From an uncultured bacterium (lineage in GTDB: Bacteria > Zixibacteria > MSB-5A5 > GN15 > FEB-12), in NCBI GenBank assembly GCA_965372795.1, contig CBDVDR010000003.1:128495-192494 (forward strand): 64,000 bases of DNA. Direction: 5' to 3'. Numbering within the stretch: the first letter of the stretch is position 1; every line of letters begins with the position of its first letter. Below are positions 15,416 through 22,364 of the stretch, in pieces. A program made the translations under genes and the position numbers. The notes under the pieces are model-generated. The model made no database searches and was not told the DNA's origin. It saw only the letters and a program-made list of their open reading frames with translations.

Positions 15416-16333
15416 TTGTTTCCAACTCTTGATGATTTTTATAAAAAGACAAGAACTTCATTATATAATCTGCTCAAGCAATTACGACGTTCAAATGTTA
15501 GATCAGCTCGGGGGAGCCGGAAACGTAGTCCGGTTGTCTCGTTAAATACCGGAAGGAATATCAGAACAATTAAATATAATAAAGGGAAAAACAGTTTGGC
15601 TCCGGTACCGACTATTGTAAAATCAATTTTGAACAACGGCTATAATATATCAAACAAGCGACTAAAAATTACAGATAATGATCTTGTCGGATGGCACCGA
15701 ACCGAATATGAAAGCCTGACTTTGGTATTGCTTGTCGATGTAAGTAAATCCACCTGGCCGTTTATTGAAGTATTCAAAGAGATACTGCAATCATTAACCG
15801 CGTATTTTGTGCGACATAATGATCGGGTTGGGATGATTTCACTGCAAGGTCTGCAGGCGCGCATCTTTAATCATCCAACTCACAATGTCAGAGTAGTAGC
15901 GCGGGGGCTGGGGAAATTAAAATTTCACGGTGAAACGCCGCTTGCTGATGGTTTACAAAAGTCATTGAATATGGCGAAAATTGAAAGAACTAAAAACCCC
16001 GGTTCAAAATGTTTGGTTATTTTGCTAAGTGATTGTTATCCCGAACCGGTTGCCCGGGGATGTGATAATCTTTTTGAGGATCCAGCTTATAAAGAATCAC
16101 TCAATTCTGCTTCAATATATAAAAAAGAGGATGTTACCTTATTAGTCATCAATCCTATGTTTGAAACTGAGGATGCTAAATTACCGGGAGAAGTTCTAGC
16201 TGAAAAAATTGTAAAAGCAAGCGGCGGGAAATTGATTAAACTTATCCGCCCGCATAACCGAAGACACCTTCGCCCCACCCGTGATGAGATGGATAAAATT
16301 CTTCGAGGTATAGAAACTTCGATGAAACACTAA
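15416..16333 (+). CDS. von Willebrand factor A (VWA) domain protein, ChlD/BchD C-terminal-like; probably the 3' part of a frameshifted ChlD-like gene
   Basis: The track ORF starts at a TTG with no Shine-Dalgarno, but the frame is open from 15230. MIDAS motif DVSKST (DxSxS) sits in LVLLVDVSKSTW. GETPLADGL and VILLSDC are typical of the VWA fold of chelatase D subunits. Confidence 0.8.
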   Translation: MFPTLDDFYKKTRTSLYNLLKQLRRSNVRSARGSRKRSPVVSLNTGRNIRTIKYNKGKNSLAPVPTIVKSILNNGYNISNKRLKITDNDLVGWHRTEYESLTLVLLVDVSKSTWPFIEVFKEILQSLTAYFVRHNDRVGMISLQGLQARIFNHPTHNVRVVARGLGKLKFHGETPLADGLQKSLNMAKIERTKNPGSKCLVILLSDCYPEPVARGCDNLFEDPAYKESLNSASIYKKEDVTLLVINPMFETEDAKLPGEVLAEKIVKASGGKLIKLIRPHNRRHLRPTRDEMDKILRGIETSMKH

Positions 16334-16404
16334 TTACATTTTGTGAAGTGTGTCGATACCAAATCATAAGCATCAACTATTACTATAGATAGAAAGAACT
16401 ATTA

Positions 16405-17418
16405 TCAAAAATCGTTTTGCAATACGATTCTATATCTGGCTTTACCGGCTCTCAGATGATCAATGGCATCATTGACCTTTGACATCGGAAATAGTTCGGT
16501 CTGAGTATTTATATTGTGAAGCTTACAGAAATTTAGCATTTCCATCGTTGTTACCGGACTTCCCAACGGCGACCCCGAAATTGAACGTTGACCGCCAATT
16601 AGTGAAAAGGCTGGAATACAAACCGGTTCAAGAACGGCACCGACAAAATGAAGCCTGCCTTTCGGCTTAAGAGCATTCAAATACAAATTCCAATTCATTG
16701 TAACATTCACCGTCACCAAAAGAAAATCCAGTGATCCGGCGATATTTTCCAAAGCCTGTTCATTACGAGATTCAATAATTTCATCGGCTCCGAATTTTTG
16801 AGCCTCTTCGGTTTTACTTAATGATGAGGTAAAGGCTGTAACATGACAACCCCATTTATTCAAAAACTGAATTGCCAGATGTCCGAGCCCTCCGATTCCA
16901 ACCACGCCGACTTTATGAGTAGGTTTTACTCCAAATTGAATGATCGGATTAAAAACAGTAATTCCTCCGCAGAACAGAGGTCCGGCATTTTCAAGGCTTA
17001 ATTCATCGGGAAGCGGAATCGCCCAGCTCCAGTGACAGCGAATTTTATCTGCAAATCCGCCGTGACGACCGATGATTGTTTGTTCATTATTACTGCAAAG
17101 GTTGTGATCACCAACAAGACAGGATTCGCATTTCATACAGCTTTTTGAAAACCAGCCCAGCCCAACCATTTGACCTAACAGTAAATTGTCAACCCGTTTA
17201 CCTTTGGCAATTATTTCACCGACAACTTCATGTCCGGGAACAAGCGGGTATTGTGACACCTGCCAGGCGTTATCTATAATAGAAAGATCGCTATGACAAA
17301 TCCCGCAATAATAAATCTTTAGCTCTACTTCTTCATCACCAAGCTGTCCGGGATCATACTCAAACGGTTCTAATTTACTGCCTTCACTTAAAACGGCATA
17401 GGCTTTGATAGTATTCAT
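16405..17418 (-). CDS. Zinc-dependent NAD(P) alcohol dehydrogenase (cinnamyl-ADH/YahK-like MDR family)
   Basis: 337 aa. CGICHSD, GHEVVGEI, the structural-zinc Cys cluster CxxCxxCxxxxxxxC (CMKCESCLVGDHNLC) and the Rossmann motif GVVGIGGLGH. Confidence 0.85.
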   Translation of the reverse strand: MNTIKAYAVLSEGSKLEPFEYDPGQLGDEEVELKIYYCGICHSDLSIIDNAWQVSQYPLVPGHEVVGEIIAKGKRVDNLLLGQMVGLGWFSKSCMKCESCLVGDHNLCSNNEQTIIGRHGGFADKIRCHWSWAIPLPDELSLENAGPLFCGGITVFNPIIQFGVKPTHKVGVVGIGGLGHLAIQFLNKWGCHVTAFTSSLSKTEEAQKFGADEIIESRNEQALENIAGSLDFLLVTVNVTMNWNLYLNALKPKGRLHFVGAVLEPVCIPAFSLIGGQRSISGSPLGSPVTTMEMLNFCKLHNINTQTELFPMSKVNDAIDHLRAGKARYRIVLQNDF

Positions 17419-17592
17419 TATTAGCTCCTGATTATTTGATGACTGCTTTATTCAAAATATAACCTGAAACAGAAAGGTCAACTGTTTCTTTCTATTAATA
17501 CGGATTATCGGGTACATTATTTAAAGCAAAATTATATTTTTATCAAATGGTATAATTGCTAATGTGACTTTATTATTTTATACTATATATAT

Positions 17593-17703
17593 ATGACCAA
17601 GCCAACTAAACTTTTTAATAAAAATTTTATACTTATCTGGCAGGGTCAATTTGTCAGTTCCCGGCTGCGCCATCTGACAATGCCGTTGGATATTAAAATA
17701 TAA
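17593..17703 (+). pseudogene. N-terminal stub (36 codons) of an MFS transporter
   Basis: Manual translation MTKPTKLFNKNFILIWQGQFVSSRLRHLTMPLDIKI*. The first ~22 aa match the common MFS N-terminus (xxNxNFxLLWxGQxVSxxG), and the sequence then degenerates and stops. It abuts the 3' end of the convergent gene at 17709. Confidence 0.4.
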
Positions 17704-17708
17704 CTGCT

Positions 17709-18053
17709 CTACCACATGGATGAATCATAATCATCTTCCGGCGGAGTATCCTCAAATTGAGACTTCTTCTTTTTAATGGTTTCAACTCGAACTAATTGAA
17801 TTGTCTCTTTTACTGATGAATTAGGTCGTAAAGGTAAATTAAAACGATTCTGTACTTTCATAATGTGATTGCGGATCTCTTCTGTTGCCCGACAGCTCTC
17901 AATATCGTCAGCAAACTCTTGATAGTCTTCAATATTCTCAGGCAACAACAAATCCCAAATATCCTTTGAAATGCCCGTCAAATATTTCAGAAGTTTAGGA
18001 TAATTTTTTAATTCCTCAGCAATTTTATTTTCCATGAACAATCCACACCTCAA
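17709..18053 (-). CDS. Hypothetical acidic protein (start more likely the internal Met at 18035, MENKIAEEL...)
   Basis: ORF only. No recognisable motif. Confidence 0.45.
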   Translation of the reverse strand: MRCGLFMENKIAEELKNYPKLLKYLTGISKDIWDLLLPENIEDYQEFADDIESCRATEEIRNHIMKVQNRFNLPLRPNSSVKETIQLVRVETIKKKKSQFEDTPPEDDYDSSMW

Positions 18054-18141
18054 AGTTTACTATTATTTTAACAAATACCTTTTAGCTGATATTTAACAAG
18101 AAGTGTGGGTGCAAATGTTCCCGGGATGTGAAAAAAAGATG

Positions 18142-19563
18142 CTACTGTGGACTAATATGCTCCTGTTTAAAGCGCCAGGCTGCGGTTAATCCAAAGAAAA
18201 AAGCTAATAAATAACCGCCCTGTCCCCAGGTCCAGTCACGAGTATAAAAAATAGTTATAAAAAAGATGAACATAGAAATATAAATTGCCATCGAGATTTT
18301 AATGTCGGTTTTATTTTTTCCTATTGTCCTGTAAAGAGTTGCCGTTTTCAAACCATTCCACGCAAGAGCAACTAAAGCGGTGGCTCCGATAATTCCGGTT
18401 TCTGCCAGATATTGTAAAAACACATTATGTGCTGACATATTGGCAACCCTGGCCCACAAACGGGAAACCTGAATTTCAGGTATTAGTTCTATTATTAGTT
18501 TAAAATTACCTATCCCAATCCCGGTAATTGGATCCAATAAAAAAGCTTTCCAGGCGGCTGACCAGAGAAGAAATCGCAGGATGATTGAACCTTCTGTGTC
18601 AGTAGTAGTTAAGAGAAAACTTTCATACCTTTCCCAGACTCCGGCAAATATACTTTCTCGAAATATGATAACGAGACCTAATAAAAGAATTGAAGGCACG
18701 ATGATATATTTTAACTTGAAGTTAAACTGCTTACCCTTATCAGCTTGGCTCTTTTTTAAGCTTACATACAGAAGCACCGGTATGGCAATTATTAATGTAA
18801 CCAGGGGTGCCCTTGATTGGGTGGCAATTATTCCGAAAATTGTTATCAAACATGAAAAGGCATAAAATAAACGCTGTCTGTTATTGTCAGCCCAGATCAA
18901 AAAGGCGAGTGCCATCGGAATCGATGTCATCGCAAATGTTTCATAAGTAAGCCACGGTAAGCCAAAGACTCTTTCTTCACCAAGAAAATATAAATAGGTA
19001 ATTGAATTATGAATTGACAATAAGGTAACCATCAAAATATATAATTTAATTATTTTTTCTACGCCGATGGTTAAAAAGAATTTAAAAAATATTCTGAATG
19101 CGATATAAATAGTAATTATTCTGAAAACCGGTACAATTGAATAGGAAGGGTTGTAAGCAAACAAAGCTGATAAAAAAGTAGCTCCGATAATAAAAAGGAA
19201 ATTAGCATCAAAATTAGTCGGTCTTATTTTATAATTTATATTTAAAATAAAATCGATAAAGATTGATCCAATGGCTAAAGCAAGGCAGACATCAAATGGA
19301 TGGATCGCAAATCCCGCTAACCGGTATGGAAGAAACAGTGCTATAGAGAGAAAAAAGAGATAAAAACAAACTCTGGGTAAAAACAGAAGAATGACAGTCA
19401 GTATTGTGCCAAGGAAAATCAGTCCACTGGTCAAATAACCGAAATAACCCATTGTAATAATCGAAGCAGCTATTGTTAAAATGGTTAAAACGATTAAAAC
19501 CGGATACCCTTTTATAATAGAATTATCTTCAAGACTTATAGCCTCAATTTGATCGGTTCTCAT
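18142..19563 (-). CDS. Polytopic membrane protein, O-antigen ligase/polymerase (Wzy_C/RfaL-like) family
   Basis: 473 aa with ≥10 hydrophobic segments and a larger loop around SRAPLVTL...; this topology and composition are typical of O-antigen ligase-like proteins. The family call rests on pattern recognition only. Confidence 0.5.
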   Translation of the reverse strand: MRTDQIEAISLEDNSIIKGYPVLIVLTILTIAASIITMGYFGYLTSGLIFLGTILTVILLFLPRVCFYLFFLSIALFLPYRLAGFAIHPFDVCLALAIGSIFIDFILNINYKIRPTNFDANFLFIIGATFLSALFAYNPSYSIVPVFRIITIYIAFRIFFKFFLTIGVEKIIKLYILMVTLLSIHNSITYLYFLGEERVFGLPWLTYETFAMTSIPMALAFLIWADNNRQRLFYAFSCLITIFGIIATQSRAPLVTLIIAIPVLLYVSLKKSQADKGKQFNFKLKYIIVPSILLLGLVIIFRESIFAGVWERYESFLLTTTDTEGSIILRFLLWSAAWKAFLLDPITGIGIGNFKLIIELIPEIQVSRLWARVANMSAHNVFLQYLAETGIIGATALVALAWNGLKTATLYRTIGKNKTDIKISMAIYISMFIFFITIFYTRDWTWGQGGYLLAFFFGLTAAWRFKQEHISPQ

Positions 19564-19703
19564 TTAAAGAAAATAACAAAAGATGATCAATTATCAAATC
19601 AAAATTTAATAAGAAAAATTGTTGATAATTTTGATCTTATCTATAGTTTTGAATTAAACTATAGATTAGTAATTCTGATTTAAACAAAGATCGGTCTTAG
19701 GGC

Positions 19704-20432
19704 ATGACTAACAACAAAGTTCTCATTTTTTTTCAAGGCAAATCGCAAGGCTTAACGAAGCTGTTTGAAAAAAATGGGTTTGAAGTGATTGAAGTACTAT
19801 CAACAAAACAAGCAAAAACAATTCTTGAAGATGATCATGAAATTGATATCATCATTGAAGTTTTAGGAAATATTGCTGATTCAAGTTTTAAATTTTTGAA
19901 ATTCACTAAGCTGAATCACAAATTTAAATATATTCCATATTTTATTATTTGTAACACTCCCAATCAGGAACTTATAAACAAATGTGTTCAGAATGGTGCC
20001 AACGATATTATTATTGATACCTCTGATGAAAAAATGGTTTTTGGAAAAGTTGAGAAAGCAATAGCCATTGGGAAACGCAAGGTTCTTATTGTGGATGATG
20101 ACGAAATGATTCTCGATTATCTGAAATTTGTTATTGCATTAGAAAGATTCAAGGTTTATTCAGCATCAACCGGTGAAAAAGCATTGGAAATTCTTAAAGA
20201 TGTAAAAATCCACGCCATAATATCTGATATAATGATGCCGGGAATGAGTGGGTTAGAATTATTAACTAAAGTTAAAGAAGATTTTGATAACATTCCCGTC
20301 CTGCTTATATCCGGTTATGCCGGAAGATCTGAACAAGAATGCCTTCAGGCTGGAGCGGTTGGTTTTCTTAAAAAGCCCTTTAAAAATACTGATCTTGTTA
20401 AAACAATTAGACAAATGACAAAAACCTACTAA
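19704..20432 (+). CDS. Stand-alone response regulator: degenerate N-terminal receiver plus canonical C-terminal receiver, no output domain
   Basis: The C-terminal half has VLIVDDDE, ISDIMMPGMSG (phospho-acceptor Asp), LISGY and LKKPF. The N-terminal half has a receiver-like pattern but lacks the acidic pocket (LIFFQGKSQG; IIIEVLGN). Confidence 0.8.
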   Translation: MTNNKVLIFFQGKSQGLTKLFEKNGFEVIEVLSTKQAKTILEDDHEIDIIIEVLGNIADSSFKFLKFTKLNHKFKYIPYFIICNTPNQELINKCVQNGANDIIIDTSDEKMVFGKVEKAIAIGKRKVLIVDDDEMILDYLKFVIALERFKVYSASTGEKALEILKDVKIHAIISDIMMPGMSGLELLTKVKEDFDNIPVLLISGYAGRSEQECLQAGAVGFLKKPFKNTDLVKTIRQMTKTY

Positions 20433-20603
20433 TACTATCCGGATTCGTTATTTTATAAATATTCCGCTATTATCGAAAATCTACCTCAATTCGAAATAAT
20501 AATCGACAAATTGGATACATTATTTAAATAAATCGGAACCATTTTAGGGAATTGATGTTTTGACTCTTAAATTTAATAGTCGGCAAAAGCCGAGGAAAAA
20601 TAG

Positions 20604-21464
20604 ATGCGAGAGAAACTGTCCGGGTATTTACAGTTAATGAAGCCGACCATTATGCTTTTGGTGATCTTTACCGGTGCGACAGCATTAGTGATTGAGGGAA
20701 GCATGTTGAGTAAGCCGGTAGACTTTTTACTGGTTTTGTTAGGTTTGTTTTTAACTGGCGGGTCCGCAAATGCGTTAAATCAATATTTTGAAAGAGATAT
20801 TGATGCTCTTATGACACGCACCAGCAAACGAAGACCATTGCCACAAAAGCAGTTAAGTGAAGTTCATGCCTTGATTTTTTCAGTTGGAGTTGGAGTAGCA
20901 GGGGTTATTCTTTTCTGGGTTTTCTTTAATGCCTTAACGGCATTATTATCACTGGGAACGATTCTTTTTTACAGTCTGTTTTATACTCTTTATCTAAAAC
21001 CAAGAACTTCTCAAAATATTGTGATCGGCGGCATTGCCGGGGCTATGGGTCCGGTTGGCGCCTGGGCAGCTGCAACAGGAACGATGGACTTTGCGCCATG
21101 GATATTGTTTTTGATAATTTTCTTCTGGACTCCGCCTCATTTCTGGACCTTAGCGTTATTTTGCAAAGATGATTATAAAAAAGTAAATTTACCGATGTTG
21201 CCAATTGTCAAAGGTGACAGTCATACTTATAAACAAATAATGTACTACACTGTAATTCTGTTTATGACATCACTTTCACTGCTGTTTTTTGGAGCAGGTT
21301 GGTTTTATATGATAGTAGCGATATTTCTTGGAGTAATATTTTTTAAAAAATGTTTACAGGTCAACCGATTGAGAACGACTCAAGCCCTAAAAGGATTATT
21401 TGGATATTCGCTGATATATCTTTTTGGGCTGTTCTCGGCGATTATGATTGATTCATTTATATAA
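20604..21464 (+). CDS. ctaB: Protoheme IX farnesyltransferase (heme O synthase)
   Basis: 286 aa UbiA-type polytopic protein with NALNQYFERDIDALMTRTSKRPLP (the NxxxDxxxD prenyltransferase motif) and FFWTPPHFW. Confidence 0.85.
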   Translation: MREKLSGYLQLMKPTIMLLVIFTGATALVIEGSMLSKPVDFLLVLLGLFLTGGSANALNQYFERDIDALMTRTSKRRPLPQKQLSEVHALIFSVGVGVAGVILFWVFFNALTALLSLGTILFYSLFYTLYLKPRTSQNIVIGGIAGAMGPVGAWAAATGTMDFAPWILFLIIFFWTPPHFWTLALFCKDDYKKVNLPMLPIVKGDSHTYKQIMYYTVILFMTSLSLLFFGAGWFYMIVAIFLGVIFFKKCLQVNRLRTTQALKGLFGYSLIYLFGLFSAIMIDSFI

Positions 21465-21613
21465 TGATAAGTTAACAAGACTAATTTTATAGCATTTTGT
21501 TTTATTATATGTTTAATATTGTTGTTAAATTGAAAAATAAATATCTTTTAGATGAGAGTAGGGAAGTAAAAGTATCATATGGACAATATGGTGCCTGTAT
21601 GTCTTCTTTGGTG

Positions 21614-21642
21614 TTGACACCCCGCCTTCTTTTTTTTATGTT
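21614..21642 (+). promoter_or_regulatory. Possible sigma70-like promoter of the act-cox block (TTGACA-17 nt-TATGTT)
   Basis: TTGACA at 21614-21619 and TATGTT at 21637-21642, inside the 250-bp ctaB-actA gap. Confidence 0.3.
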
Positions 21643-21716
21643 AGCAGGCGTTTTGGGTGTAAGAAGTTTCTTCCCCATAACTGAACTTAAACAATAAATT
21701 ATGTTGGATATATTTT

Positions 21717-22364
21717 TTGTCTCAAATATTTCCCAAATGGACTAATGCACTTCCGCTAATATTAGCTGGAACAGTACTAATACTTTTTGTCTCGGTGGTT
21801 GGATTTTTCTGGTATTTTGGTTCGCCAAAATTCACCGATGTTGGTTACCGGCCGATTCAACCGGTGGCTTACAGCCATAAACTTCACGCCGGTGACTTAG
21901 GCATTGATTGTCGCTACTGTCATGTTGCGGTTGAGAACACCGCGGTAGCTTCGGTGCCGCCAACACAAACTTGTATGAATTGTCATACGCTGGTAAAGCC
22001 GGACAGCGACAAATTGAAACTTGTCAGAGAAAGTTGGACCACAGGCAAACCGATAGAATGGGTCAGAGTCCACAAAGTTCCTGATTATGCCTATTTTAAT
22101 CATAGTATTCATATAAATCGCGGCGTGGGTTGTATTACCTGTCATGGCAATGTTGCTGAGATGGAAGAAGTTACTCAAAGTGAACCGCTCAGCATGTCAT
22201 GGTGTCTTGATTGCCATCGTAACCCGGCACCAAATCTTAGACCGGTTAATCAGGTTACTAATATGAAATGGGAACCTTCCGATGGACACTTGGAGAAAAT
22301 GGCTTTGCTAATTAAAGAAAAGAAAATTTCTCCACCAACTGATTGTACAGGATGCCACCGATGA
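21717..22364 (+). CDS. actA: Alternative complex III subunit ActA, pentaheme cytochrome c
   Basis: 215 aa with an N-terminal TM anchor and five CxxCH motifs (CRYCH, CMNCH, CITCH, CLDCH, CTGCH). TTG start. Position is immediately 5' of actB. Confidence 0.8.
   Translation: MSQIFPKWTNALPLILAGTVLILFVSVVGFFWYFGSPKFTDVGYRPIQPVAYSHKLHAGDLGIDCRYCHVAVENTAVASVPPTQTCMNCHTLVKPDSDKLKLVRESWTTGKPIEWVRVHKVPDYAYFNHSIHINRGVGCITCHGNVAEMEEVTQSEPLSMSWCLDCHRNPAPNLRPVNQVTNMKWEPSDGHLEKMALLIKEKKISPPTDCTGCHR

Noticed and set aside
14100-16333. Magnesium chelatase for (bacterio)chlorophyll synthesis
   Set aside because: No bchH/chlH or other photosynthesis genes are visible in this window. The family assignment (ChlI/ChlD-like) is kept, but the phototrophic function is not supported.
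21497-21697. 66-aa ORF in the ctaB-actA intergenic region
   Set aside because: No RBS and an odd composition. It spans what looks like the act promoter (TTGACA at 21614), so it is more likely non-coding leader or promoter DNA.
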